From: Octopus bimaculoides
Taxonomy: Eukaryota
Assembly (NCBI RefSeq): GCF_001194135.2
Contig: NC_068989.1
Location: 15,498,104 to 15,562,103 of the forward strand
Direction of reading: 5' to 3'
DNA: 64,000 bases
Positions 35,287 to 48,775 of this stretch are shown here, piece after piece (positions within the stretch are counted from its first letter, which is position 1; every line of letters starts with the position of its first letter). Made by a program: the position numbers and the translations under genes. The notes below the pieces were generated by a model. The model had not been told where the DNA came from. It saw only the letters and a list, made by a program, of their open reading frames with translations, and did not search any database.

Positions 35287-35879
35287 ATAATAATAATAAT
35301 AATAATAATAATAATCATAATGACAATGACAATTTCTTTGTTTAAGAAGAAATTGTTTAATAATAATAATAATAATAATAATAATTTCTGCTTAATAACT
35401 ATTTGGATTTCTCACCTTGCGATATTTCAGTGGGTATACATACATGTGTATGTACGGATGTATATAAGTACGAATTATGCATGCGTTCGATTACACATAC
35501 CTGAATACAGATTGATATATATCAATGTCTATATACATACGAGAATACAAATACATACATTAAAAAAATTGCATAATTCCATACATAAGCACGTTCACAG
35601 ATTATTCCGTTATAAACACAAACATTGATATACATAACAGCGGAAATTTCATACATTTGATATCGATTTTTCCATTAAAATATTAAAAATTGTCACGTAC
35701 GTAAATTAATATTCTTGAAGAATGAATGCTTTATAAAGGAGTTGTACGCACAGAAACAGACATATAGACACAGTCATACTGAAATACATGCTTGTATGTA
35801 GAATAATATTATCTGTATAAAGTTATTTACGTACATATATGTATACACATATAAGAATATATATGTATATATTCTCGCA

Positions 35880-36180
35880 AACATAGATGGGTGGTTAAAA
35901 AGCTGGTTTTGCAACCACGTGCTCTCGTGCTCAATACCATTGCGCAGTACATTGGTCAAGAGTTATCTACTTTAGCCTCGAGCCGAGCGATGTTTCGCGA
36001 GCGAATTTGGTTGACGGAAACTGTGTAGAAAGCCTTGATGTCTGCCTGCCTGTCTGTCTGTGAGTGTGCGTATGTTCGTGCACTTGTGTTTCTGTTTGTA
36101 CTACTAGCGATTGTAGAACTGTTTCTTTAGGTTCCATAACTTAGCGGTTCGGCAATAGGGCCCGATTGCATAAGTACCAG
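35880..36180 (+). mobile_element. Old diverged SINE family C copy
   Basis: CAACCACGTG..., GAATTTGGTTGACGGAAACTG and AACTTAGCGGTTCGGCAA motifs. Confidence 0.7.
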
Positions 36181-36309
36181 ATAAATGTAGATGGCACTTT
36201 ATATATCAACGAGAACAATGCATTTGAAACGTTTTACAGAATTAGCGAAACATACATTCACACTTCTCTGTAAATAAATATGCATTTACACATATTTGTG
36301 TAAACACAC

Positions 36310-36598
<289 letters not shown>

Positions 36599-36777
36599 AT
36601 ATATTGTATAATGGAACAAATAAATGGAAATATGTTGGTATTAGTTATTCTCCATTACACGCGTATCATTTGCTAATAGGAATTACAAAGGTTTACATGT
36701 TATATATGCATACAAGGAATGTCCTTTTAGAAAATCATTAATCAGGGAATGAATGACTATGTGTGAATGTATGTATA

Positions 36778-37010
36778 TGAGGACGCATGGCCTAGATCGT
36801 CGTGGTTTCAATACCTAGACCAGGTGGTGTGTTCTTGAGCAAAACAATTCATGTCACGTTACGCTGAGATCACTTTGACACTTGACACGTGGTACACCAT
36901 GCTCCTCTTCAGGCAACGTCGATTTGGTGCTGGGAGTAAGCTAATGTATAGCACATACATTTGATGATTAAACAAATCATTTGTGCGAGTCGTTCGGCAA
37001 AAGCTGAACG
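36778..37010 (+). mobile_element. Probable additional tRNA-type SINE (family F), head partly deleted
   Basis: GCATGGCCTAG..GGTTTCAATACC (A/B-box-like) then GTGTTCTTGAGCAAAACA core-like motif. Single copy in the window. Confidence 0.5.
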
Positions 37011-37040
37011 CATATACGACGGCTTCGACAAGAGAATCCA

Positions 37041-37870
37041 GTCTGATCAATAAGTATCCGGACTGTTGCCATAATAACGAAGTTAAAGCACGCAGAGTAA
37101 AGCCGCTTGGCACATATTGACCTTGACCTCTGCTGTGCATGCGCACTAGGTTTTAACGTTCTCACTTCCGCTGTTTACAGTAGTGCTTAGAGGTAACCTA
37201 ACGTGTGATGGGCGTATTGACCATGACGGAGAAAGTTGAGCAGAGAATCTTCATAAAATTTGGCCAAAAACTTGGCGTTACCTGCTCAGAGGCCTACGCA
37301 AAGTTTTCAGAAAGATTTCATTGTCCTCGACACAACGAAGGATCTCTTGTGCAACTGAAACTCGAGTGTCTTTTTGGTCAGTTGAAAGCAGTTTTGACAC
37401 AAACTTGGCAGACACGCGTCTCATACTCAAATCTTCAGGTATAATGAACTGAACTGAACCATAGCTAATCTACACATCCTCTGATAACTCATAGATGTTG
37501 AGTCGAAGACTTCCTCTCACAGTTGTACGTACATCTGCGATGTTTTTCTCAGTTCTGCTGGTTGCGGATCTCCCAGAACGTTCATCACTATCGACTTTTT
37601 TTTCGACCATCTTGGAAACATCTGAACCACTTGTGCGCTTGTGTATAACTCATACACTCCTCTCCACGCACTTTCTCCAACTTTGCGTAGGCTTCTGAAT
37701 AGGTATCTCCAGGTCAACTTTCTCTGTCATGGTCAATGCGACGATCATAGGTTATACACGTTACTCAAAGCTCTGCTGTAAACAGACCAAGTGAGCCAGA
37801 ACATTAAAACTTAATGTATTAGGAGGCTTCACTCTCTGTGCTTTCTGTACAGTCCGGATACTTATTGATC

Positions 37871-37875
<5 letters not shown>
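37041..37875. mobile_element. Mariner-derived non-autonomous element made of two left ends
   Basis: TIR GATCAATAAGTATCCGGACTGT at both ends. Plus strand MTEKVEQRIFIKFGQKLG. Minus strand carries a second start plus WFRCFQDGR..SDERSGR..RRVSAKFVSKLL (mariner HTH region). Confidence 0.85.
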
Positions 37876-37934
<59 letters not shown>

Positions 37935-38731
37935 TAAAACATAACTGTCACCACTACTACATGAACCTGAAGATTGTATAGTTTAATGCATGAAAGAACT
38001 AGTTCAATCAGAATGGACATTTAATATTCTAACATTCCATTATAAGATTGTAAATAAAACGTGAAAATCAGACAATGTTGGAAATTCTTTGAGTAATATA
38101 TTCTTCTATACACAATCATACACACCCGTGTGTGTGACAATCAGTATGTAACACTACAAAGTTCATACAAAGCTTTATACTTTAAATATATTTTATCATC
38201 AAAGAATGTATATATGCATTTTAATACTCAAACTGTTTTTTAACATTTTTTATTATTCTCAAAGACTTATGATAATCTTTTTCTAAAAAAGTGAAACCGG
38301 TTAAGTAAATAAATATTTTAAAAAAATAAGTGCATTTTCAAACCTTCTTTCATATATATTTCCACTCGTACGGTATTCCACAACTTTACTTTATTATATA
38401 TATATAGAGTGAGAGAGAGAGAGAGATGATGATGATGATGATGACGACAAACTTTAAGTTGAACTAGAGAAAGTCGAGATATACAACGTCACCGAGCCTG
38501 ATGAAAACGAAACTGGGGTTGACGATGGCGAATTTATTTTGATAATGACGAATTTTGGGGTGAAAATGCAGCGTACAATTACAAAAATAATAGTTACACA
38601 AAAATGATAGTTAATGCGAAGTCACGTACAATAGAATGACTCAGGGAATATATGACACATCTATAATAGAGTTAAATTGGAGTGATCTTTAAACTTTACA
38701 TTCCCATAAACTTAGAGTTGTATGTAAATAA

Positions 38732-38773
<42 letters not shown>

Positions 38774-38892
38774 ATGTACACACACACTTATTTATCTATC
38801 TATCTATCTATCTATATATATATAAACATAATTAAGGGATCAGCAAATATTTGCTTCACCATATACCGAAGTATATATATATATATACATAC

Positions 38893-39062
38893 ATACACGC
38901 TTGGACCATACGTTTTTCTTTACTGTAATCTGAAGCAACATGAAAAGTGTAACGAGAATTCAGCGCACATTAGACTAAATTATATAATACATAGTTTAGT
39001 CTACTGTGCGCTGAATTCTCGATTACAGTAAAGAGAAACGTGCGGTCTACGCGTGTGTGTAT
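38893..39062. mobile_element. Short palindromic MITE-like element
   Basis: Arms GACCATACGTTTTTCTTTACTGTAATC..CGAGAATTCAGCGCACATTAGACTAAA / TTTAGTCTACTGTGCGCTGAATTCTCGATTACAGTAAAGAGAAACGTGCGGTC, with an extra segment of about 20 nt in the left arm. Confidence 0.7.
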
Positions 39063-39603
39063 ATTATAAATGCTTACATACTCGCGCACACACACATGTA
39101 AAAAGGTTTGCAGGACGCATGAAATTTGATGCTTCAACAGAAACTGTCGGTTATTTGAAATATAAACATTATAATGCATTCCAATATCCCTCCATTATAA
39201 ATGTGTTACATACTCGCTGAGACTTCTCTTTGTATTTGTCTTCCGGCTAACTTTTATCATTGTATTATAATTTTTAACGATACAAAGGGTTTCCTCCTTA
39301 GATTCGTCATTTTCAATCAAAATCTTATCAAACCCGATCTCGAACTCGCAATCATCATCCTCAATTTCGTTATCTTTAATCTCGATTACGTTGTTGTTTA
39401 TCTTAATTGATTGCCGTCAACTTAAATCGTCGCCAACTTAAATGTCGTCACTTTAAGACGGAGCGATTTCTTTTCATGAACAGATATAGACATCAGTGAT
39501 TACTCGACGCAAAATTATAACAGAATATAAACAGGCGTGGCCGTGTGGTAAGAAGGTTTGTCGAAGATTATAAGTTTTGTTGCACCTCACATTACCGGAG
39601 ATA

Positions 39604-40007
39604 TACTCTTTTACTTGTTTTAGTCATTTGACTGCGGCCATGCTGGAGCACCACCTTAAGTCGAGCAAATCGACCCCAGGACTTATTCTTTGTAAGCCTA
39701 GTACTTATCCTATCGGTCTCTTTGCCGAACTGCTAAGTTATGGGGACGTAAACACACCAGCATCAGTTGTCAAGCGATATTGGCGGGGACAAACACAAAC
39801 ATACAAACACACACACACATATATATATACATATACATATTTATATGACAGGCTTCTTTCAGTTTCCGTCTAGCAAATCCACTCACAAGGCTTTAGTCAG
39901 CCCGAGGCTATAGCAGAAGACACTTGCCCAAGGTACCACGCAGTGGGACTGAACCCGGAACCATGTGGTTGGTAAGCAAGCTACTTACCACACAGCCACT
40001 CCTTACG
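39604..40007 (-). mobile_element. Full-length SINE family C
   Basis: High similarity to the reverse complement of 22377-22792. Confidence 0.92.
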
Positions 40008-40662
40008 TTAAGTGCAACCGATAAAAAGCTAGGTACTATACTATATACGTAAACAAAACAACAAAGACAAAAATAAACAACATCAGTTTAATCTTTTTAT
40101 TCATTATCCTCATTTCTGAACTCCCTTAGCATATTCCTTGAAAAGTCTTCTACAATCATTTTCGATAATCGAAGTCAATTTGATGTCGACCAATATATTT
40201 ACATACATAATATGTTTACCACTGGAATTAATCTGAATACTTGATTTCTCATTGATAATTTAGTGATACGAAAACATTTTCTGGAATGGCTCTATTATTT
40301 TTTCTGGAACTAGAATTGTTTGTGAGTACAGAATAATCTTGAGTCAGCTGTTATTGTTTAACAACAGTTCACATACGGTAGCCTGGACTTTTAAAAGAAA
40401 ACGTTTCAACCAAGAGCAGCACATGTATTATTCAGACATATGGTAGTACTTACGAGATCATCCTACTCATTTCGTCCGATAATGATTTGGCTGCTAAGTT
40501 TTGTCGGTCAAGCACGAATGTAGTTTCCTTCCTTGTCTCGTTGTAGTTATTGACATACTTCTATAAATACTTCTTCCTTTACTTTAAGCTCCCCATCTGT
40601 CTCTTTTCACCCCGCGCTCTCTATTCGTGAAGGAGATCTAATGTAATTAAGGTTTATCCTCC

Positions 40663-41053
40663 TGTTGTTGTTGTTGGCACTCCGTCGCTTACGACGTCGA
40701 GGGTTCCAGTTGATCCGATCAACGGAACAGTCTGCTCGTGAAATTAACGTGCAAGTGGCTGAGCACTCCACAGACACGTGTACCCTTAACGTAGTTCTCG
40801 GGGATATTCAGCGTGACACAGACTGTGACGAGGCTGACCCTTTGAATTACAGGCACAACAGAAACAGGAAGTAAGAGTGAGAGAAAGTTGTGATGAAAGA
40901 GTACAGCAGGGTTCGCCACGCCCCCCTGCCGGAGCCTCGTGGACCTTTAGGTGTCTTCGCTCAATAAACACTCACAACGCCCGGTCTGGGAATCGAAACC
41001 GCGATCCTAAGACCCCGAGTCCGCTGCCCTAACCACTGGGCCATTGCGCCTCC
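40663..41053 (-). mobile_element. Full-length SINE family A
   Basis: High similarity to the reverse complement of 13686-14060, with a (TTG)n tail. Confidence 0.92.
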
Positions 41054-41449
41054 ACACACTGAACAGTATTACTGGAATAAATCATAAACTGCTCAGTATT
41101 GGACGCAAACCTTGGGGTATACGCTTCGAAGATCCATCGCATAATTATAGACGACATTCAATATAAATGAAGAAAACCCTGAAACCTCTTGGAGAGCAAT
41201 GACATTGCAGTTTCTCCTTAATTAGGTAGTATTTCAACTGGATATTACATTTATCAGGACACACGTTTCATTTTATATTGGTTTCTAGATAGTTTGAGGT
41301 TAAGAAGTTTGTGAACCTTTCAAGGGCGTTGTTGTAAACATAGAATGCTGCAAATTGTGTTATAAGACTTAATAAGAAACTATATGATCAATGGAGACAA
41401 GTGAGTTGTTATTTGTTCAAGTAATTTTGTTTCAAACTTCTCCTTTTGA

Positions 41450-43160
41450 AATGCCTCGTGAACTTCTAGAGATTTTGTGTCAGGCTTCTCTTTCAATTCT
41501 TACAGTAATCTAATTCTCTATTGGATTAATTTGTTTGCATAAACAATGGTAGTAGTGCGTTTCTGTAGACATAGACATTCTGACAATAAATCAAGTTCAT
41601 GCAACGTGTCATATGTTAAAGCTAAATCCAATAAAAACTATTCTAAAGAGAGTCTCTTCAACATTTCTCCATATGTCTTTTTCTCTCACTCGCGGATCCA
41701 ATCTCACCTTTCTATACTCTGTCAAAATGAAAACACAGGGTTTCATAATTCTGACACACTTTTGAAATTGTTCGGAACCAACTTGATACCCACCTCTGAC
41801 ATCCAGATCACGTTTAAAAATTTAAAATTCTGGTTAAGAGAGACATTGAAGCAATTCTCTTTCGTTTGAAGGTTTTCTAGAATAGAATATTTGCCCATAA
41901 ATTATTGAAAATTATTCCCAGACCGGGCGTTGTGAGTGTTTGTTGAGCGAAAACACCTAAAGCTCCACGACGCTCCGGCAGGGGATGGTGGCGAACCCTG
42001 CAGTATTCTTTCACCACAACTTTCTCTCACTCTTACTTCCTGTTTCTGTTGTGCCTGTAATTCAAAGGGCCAGCCTTGTCACACTGTGTCACGCTGAATA
42101 TCCACGAGAACTACGTTAAGGGTACACGTGTCTGTGGAGTGCTCAGCCACTTGCACGTTAATTTCACGTGCAGACTGTTCCGTTGATTGGATCAACTGGA
42201 ACCCTCGACGTCGTAAGCGACGGAGTGCCAACAACAACAATATTGAAAATTATTAATTTCAAAAACGTTTCACATAGGATTACTTTCTGCAACTTCTAAT
42301 TTTTAATTAAGACCATGCCAAATTACCACATCACGATAATGTCCCTTAATAATTGTTGCATCGCCATTGCTTTGACTTCATCACAGCAAATGATACAAGG
42401 TTCTTTTTCAACTAAAAGTTAAACCAATGGTTGATGCGACAGTTCAGTAGATGCTTAGACATAGTCGCAGTTTTCTGAGTAGGAAGTTAAATTAGGTCTA
42501 TTAAAATGGGGATTACCCGCCGTAATACTTCTACGTTTCAAATAAACCATTAGGGCTAGCTTAATGTTCAAGCTTGTTGATTCATCAATGATAACTGCAA
42601 TTATAACAGCAATTTTGCCAATTATCTGCTTATATGACAACAAATTTTCATTTTCATATTAATGGCTATGTAATTAATTATATGCGCAGGACTGGTACAA
42701 GACCGTTGTCCACTTCTCATGTTAATACTATTTTCCATTTGAAGTTCTACTATGATGAGCTGATCAAAGTATGGCCAGTGATTATAAGCTAAATAATTTA
42801 CAGAACGAAGCATTAAATAACTTGCCTCTAAGTACGAAACATTAATGGTGTCAAATGATTTTCCAAGAACATATTCACTAGTATTTCTTCCGGCAGTTAA
42901 AACAGCAAATATGGACTTCCGATTGGTTGTGATCGATAACATTTTTCTGAAAGCTGTCAATCATTTACATCGATCGGTTCAAAAACAGGATACTTGGTAT
43001 ATCAAGTATTCATTTGGTAGTTGTAAATACATATGATTGCGCGTTTTCCTTTTCGTCCTCATTTCTTCAGTTCTGACACTTGAATTCGAAGTTACTTTCA
43101 GAATTGCATTTAAACGCGGTTAGAAATTTCAAGAAAAGCCAAGCAAAATACAGCTTTATT
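41450..43160 (-). pseudogene. Decayed hAT-superfamily transposase (KIAA1586/ZNF862-like lineage), interrupted by a SINE
   Basis: YLAYNHWPYF..LQMENSINM; KIAVIIAVIIDESTS..ALMVYL (first catalytic D); ICCDEVKAM (cf. SDGASVM); a V-RW-like segment near 41.8 kb. Confidence 0.65.
41917..42240 (+). mobile_element. 5'-truncated SINE family A with perfect 14-bp TSD
   Basis: TATTGAAAATTATT at 41903-41916 and 42241-42254. Confidence 0.93.
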
Positions 43161-43299
43161 TACTTTTACTGAATGTCTATTCTGTAATTCTCGGCACAGT
43201 TGTTTGCATAGAACCTAGTGAATAAAATATACTTTTGTATGAGCGAATAATCCACGAACTACTATCCATCACAGATGCAATCATACTAAGTGAATCAAA

Positions 43300-44060
43300 T
43301 CTTGGATTGTAGCTTCCAATCTGACCACACCATCGCTATTCTATCAACTCCAGCGTGCCACCAATTTCGATTTTCTTCCTTGTTCTCTGACTTATCTTCA
43401 TTGAGTTATTTGGGGCCACACCCAACAACGCCCAACGTTACTCAGATACTACTGACCTTCATGCAGCTCCAATATTTCCACCCATGCATTACTCATTCGC
43501 AACCTCAACAACACGCACCAAATTCATACTGACTGTTGATAGAGACCCTGCAGACTTTTCCTACAGTGAAAAAATTCGATAGCTACAACTCAAGAAAGCA
43601 TCAACGCGTCACAATCTCACTTAATCATGACCAGCACTCAGCCACAGCCCTCAAAATTGTCCGAATTGTTGATACTTTCTATTAACAAGGATCTTTTCTA
43701 CCGAAAGCACTTCCTTAACACTGCTAAGACTGCATTCCAACTATTGGTCCACAATTTCATGGCCGGAAGATATTTCATTGATACTATACAAAATTCAGAT
43801 GAGGACCACAGTGGAGCATTGCGGTCGCATCTAAGACGATAAAGTCACTGCACATGCAGACAGCCTAGACTGCATCTAGTACAGGACTACTCGACTGATT
43901 GGCTTCAATTATTGACTGGCACCAGCCTCTGCCTCTCAGGCGTACAGTCTCGTCTCTGTGTTTTTATCGCTTCTAAAATGGTCTGTTTATTTTAGAGTTT
44001 GCTAGACTCATGCCAATTTTACTCAGGCACTCCCGTTTCACAACACCTAACCAAACCATC
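43300..44060 (+). pseudogene. Decayed CR1/Jockey-group LINE RT C-terminal fragment
   Basis: KHFLNTAKTA..; YKIQMRTTVEHCGRI..LDCI.YRTTRLIG (cf. YKAQIRPxMEYCSHIW..LDRIQxRAxRLI). Confidence 0.6.
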
Positions 44061-44099
44061 GTAGAACTCTGAAATCCCCCTCTGCTCATGTCTTTTCTG

Positions 44100-44370
44100 T
44101 AGGAGCTATCTAACAAATGTTCAATGGCATTGATCACGCCAACTTAGGAGGGTATGGGGACTGGGCTCCTTCCAGTTCATGAAGTAAATAAGCTAAAATG
44201 ATGGGAACCGCAGGGCAGATACGCTGAACAAAAGTAGAAAACTTTTTTTCTTCTCTCTGATGTTTCATCCTCGCTATCATCGGTGTCCATAATAATCTCT
44301 TGCATAACTTGCTCTGCTGCTAAATCCTTATCTCTTGCGAATGTTGCCATTTTGTTTTCTGCTAATTACT
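44100..44370 (-). pseudogene. Possible piggyBac-like transposase N-terminal remnant
   Basis: AAAACAAAATGGCA start, then MATFARDKDLAAEQVMQEIIMDTDDSEDETS (acidic N-terminus typical of piggyBac). No TIR/TTAA confirmed. Confidence 0.3.
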
Positions 44371-44847
44371 AACAATAGCCATAGATTTCAAAATAGAATA
44401 CGAATTATATACTATTTATATAATTTGAGAATAATGGAAAAGACTAAATGTAATGAAATTTACAGAATTCTAGACGTCTAGTATCTGGTGATACGTTAAA
44501 AACAAGCAAAAGAGAAAAGAAAGAAAAAGATAAAAAAAAATCTAGAAAGCATCTTGTCGCCTAGCAGAGTTTTAAATCCATAAATTATCAATGAAGTGTC
44601 AATTTTTGCATTAATTATTATCGTAAATATACGAATGAAAGATCTATATTTTCGAAGTGACACCGTTCACACTTACTAAACTGATAAATGTAATATGTTT
44701 GCGAGCAGTAGACAGTTTTTCTTTTCTTTTCGTGCTTTGGGACGTTGAGAGGTAATAATGAGAAAAGTCTAGAAACATTCGACCTTACCGGAAGTGAAAT
44801 CGAATTTTAGTTATTTTAGTAATATTAACAGTTTATTTCTGGTGCCA

Positions 44848-44895
<48 letters not shown>

Positions 44896-44896
44896 C

Positions 44897-45114
44897 AAGG
44901 CGCTGAGCTGGCAGAATAGTTAGCACGCACGCCGGACAAAATTCTTAGCGGTTTTTCGACCGCCTTGAAGTTCTGAGTTTGAAATCCGCCGAGGTCGACT
45001 TTACCTTTCATCCTTTTGAGGTCGATAAAATAAATACCAGTTACGCACTGGAGTCGATGTAATTGATTTAACCCCACCACCGAACTTGCTGGGCCTCTGC
45101 CAAAATTTGAAATC
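44897..45114 (+). mobile_element. SINE family B copy
   Basis: Head, central module and CCAAAATTTGAAATC tail, in a TA/CA microsatellite context. Confidence 0.88.
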
Positions 45115-45120
45115 TCTCTC

Positions 45121-45168
<48 letters not shown>

Positions 45169-46613
45169 AATGAAAAGTTCCACTCTTTATTTTACCTAAA
45201 ACTCCACTATTTATTTTACTTAAAGCCTGATATTTACTTTCTAAACAACAAGCTTGAAAACTTTAGGATTTTAAGCGTGGAAGACGTCGGTTAAGATGTA
45301 ATAAATCAAAACATTTTCTCCCTCACCATGGATTTCTCTCTCAAGAACACCTAAGTAAGGTACTCACTCATCAATGTTCCAGAAATGTATGACATGATCG
45401 ATCCGGCAATCCGAAGTGGAACGACATTTGGTGATAAATATCTAGTAAATGCCATTACCTCTGACATATCACAAACCTACGCTTTTCTCCCTACGAAGAC
45501 ATTTTCTTTTGTATGTTAGAGTTTATCACTTTTACTTCAATATCTTAAGCCAAAAATAATCTTGCAATGAATTTGAAAGGGCCTGTCTCTATAAACTCTT
45601 GTGTTTAAGATCATAACTAAAAGCACAAACCTTGAATGCTACAACATTACACGAATTCATTCATGTGTGGCTCTGTTACTTAAGCAATTAAGACGCACAA
45701 ATTAAGTAATCTTTCCTGATGTACAATACAATTATGTATACGAGTGTAGACGTTCTCGATTTCTTCAGCAGTAGTTGACGTTGCTGTTAACGACGAAGAG
45801 AGTTGATAACAAGCAAACGCAGAATAAAAGTAGAAATAAATAAGTACTAAACAATATGTATATACGATGTTTTCATTTGCTTTGACAGAAAACGATTAGT
45901 TGAGGAAAATCGACATATTTTAACGAGTAATTGAGACCAAAATTTATTGATTTCAATGTGAAAACCGTTCCAACTTGGAACTGCATATAAGAATAAATCG
46001 GTTATTTTACTTGTTTTATTGCAATTCCCATAGCCTCAATTGTAATAACATTACAACATACATATTTTCCATTTGCTTTGGGAATAACGGAATACCACCT
46101 CTTTGACGTTTCCATGTCTATTTTTCCTCAACCCCAACGCCTTTCATCGAGAGCATTTTTGCTCCTCTCGTTTTTTTTTTAAAAATCCGTAATAGACATA
46201 TACTGAAAAGTTAAAATATCTGTATAGACACTACAGTGTTTAATAAACGGTTAATAGTGTATTGTTAGTAAAACTTAAATCTGATATGAACAGAAAACGG
46301 CGCCAACGATAAGTAATTAAAAAAAATAGATTTCTTGATAGAGAAAGCACTGACACTCATGCAAAAGAAACCGTCGGAGGGTCCGTGAAGGATGAATGAT
46401 TTTCAGTTATGATAAAATGAATATCGTACATTGTATATGAATATAGGTCAAACAAATAAATAAATACTCATTTGTATGATTTCTTTAAAATGAATATGAA
46501 ACGTTTATCATAACGTTTCTATGAAATAAGAAATTCTCCGCTATATACAGTTCAGAGGAAATAGAATAAAATGATAGTAATTTTCAAGTAGAGGAACTAT
46601 TATATTAAATCAG

Positions 46614-46790
46614 TTGATACACACTCAAACGCACGTTCAACCACATACACGCACGTCCAACGACATACATGCACGTCCAACCACATACACGCATACACAC
46701 ACACACACATACACACACACGCATACACACACACACACATACACACACACGCAGACGCAGACACTCACACACACGCACTTTATTGCAAAA
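46614..46790. repeat. Compound (CA)n/CACATA low-complexity tract
   Basis: Direct inspection. Confidence 0.85.
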
Positions 46791-47729
46791 AGATGTCAGG
46801 ATGATGACGGTCAAATTATCGTTGAAAATCAATGTCAAAGCTGGAGAAACAAACACACAAGCACATACATACGCACACAGATATATACACCCAAACACAT
46901 AAACATACACATGCACACACGGTGTTATTTTAGTAGGACTGATTTGTTTTTTGTTGTCTAACGTTGGAAGCGTGATTATATCAATTTGGTCCTGCTATTT
47001 GTATTTTTGTTTTGGTTAACGGCGTTAGGTCAAAGTAATAACTTTAAACAATAAAGCGTTTCTTACCTCTTTAAGAAATATTGATTGGACTTAATGGTGA
47101 TAGTTTCTATTAACATGTCTGTAATATATTGGGAATAATCTGTTTCATTCAATCAGCCTCATTTATGAAAAAATATATAATTAAACTTTAATGATTGTAT
47201 AATGATTTTAATGAGTCAAAAGAGAGAGACGGAATGACACGTTTAATGACACGTCTATTAAATTAACATCCGACACTAGTCATACGTCTGGTCATCAAGT
47301 ATTGCTATTTCACCGTTGCGAGAAAACTGGTTGATTAGGAAGTTTTAGTGGATAAATGTTTCCTTTTTATGGTTTTGTATTTTGTTTTGTTGATTTTGAA
47401 AACAGAGGTCTTTGGAACTCGTGGACGTCTAACCCTATACCTAGATTACAATTTATGACTGTCTTTTAAATATTTAATTTTCTGAAATATTTCGTTGTAT
47501 TTACATTTGGTTTAATACATAGTAACCCTACTGGAAGAGCAGAAAGATGTGTTGACAACCAATCGAAGTATCTTGGATACGCCATCCACCCCACCAAAAT
47601 ATATAATTTTTCGAATACACGAGATGAACGGAGTTCCAAAATGAAATATATATATATATATATTAATGAAATAACAATGAAACAAGTAGATATATATTCA
47701 TAAACATGACTATAACTCTTTTAACTAAG

Positions 47730-48060
47730 TTTGGAGGAAGAAATAATCTCCAAAGTCTACGCAGGCACTTCAGCACATGCGAAATATGCCATTAATATTC
47801 CACCAAAACTACAGCAATTCAGTGATTGGAGGGAAGCCATGTACAGGGAGAGAATTCCAATGATGACCCTCGGGGGGGGGGTTGAAGTGAGTATTGTGAC
47901 CAGAGCAAAGCCTGTATTTTGATGTTGGATACAAAATGGGTAATGAGAAGCGGCAAGATTTGAACTGAGAGTTCTGAAGTGGAGCTGGCATGAGACCGTG
48001 CAGTTCTAATGAACAACAGCCGTTGTAGTATCAGTATAAAGGTTAAAGAGAGATGATAAG
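47730..48060 (-). pseudogene. Possible APE-type LINE endonuclease remnant
   Basis: ILYPTSKYRLCSGHNTHF resembles xxIxLxGDFNxH. Weak. Confidence 0.25.
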
Positions 48061-48179
48061 AAGTCTGAGGGCAAGAGAAAGAGCTGTGTTTGTGAATAGC
48101 TTTAAGCCAATCAAAAGAGTGGTTTTTTTGCACAAACTCATTCTACAGAAGAACCAACATGCGTATGTATATTTACAGA

Positions 48180-48234
<55 letters not shown>

Positions 48235-48775
48235 CAATATATGTCTAAACGTGGACATATGTATTTATGCTATAATGACATGTTCATCTGTAACCCACGA
48301 CCCTCGACAACAAAAGCAAAAAGCAAAGAAGGAAGAAGAGAAAACTGATAAAGAGGAATACAGGGAAGAATAAATCGAAGCCTTCTTTTTTCTTTTAGTC
48401 AAGTGGGAGAGCAATGCTCATGACACCTTACAAAGGCCTTCGACACTAGTGTGAAGAAAGAAGAAAGTTATCATCAAATTGGAGAGCTGATTTGAATATT
48501 AGCAAACCGAGTGGACATAGTTAAAGGCAGCCAAGGTTGCAGGAGTAAATGCGTGTGCACCCAGGCAACGAATTAGGGCTACAAGCCAAGTAGAGCACGC
48601 TTGAATTTGAACTGTTGAAGACAAGAACTTTCCCACTTTTTTTTTAAAACTCCAAAGATGAAAAGCAAAGCTTGACTTCCGGGATTTGAACTTAGAACAC
48701 GATTTTTGAAATAAATATCGAAAAGCATTTCATCCGAANNNNNNNNNNNNNNNNTTCTGCAAATTCAACTTAAAT

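Noticed and set aside
38490-38515. CTGATGA...GAAAC as a hammerhead
   Set aside because: No stem II possible (AAAC spacer) and no stem I/III pairing.
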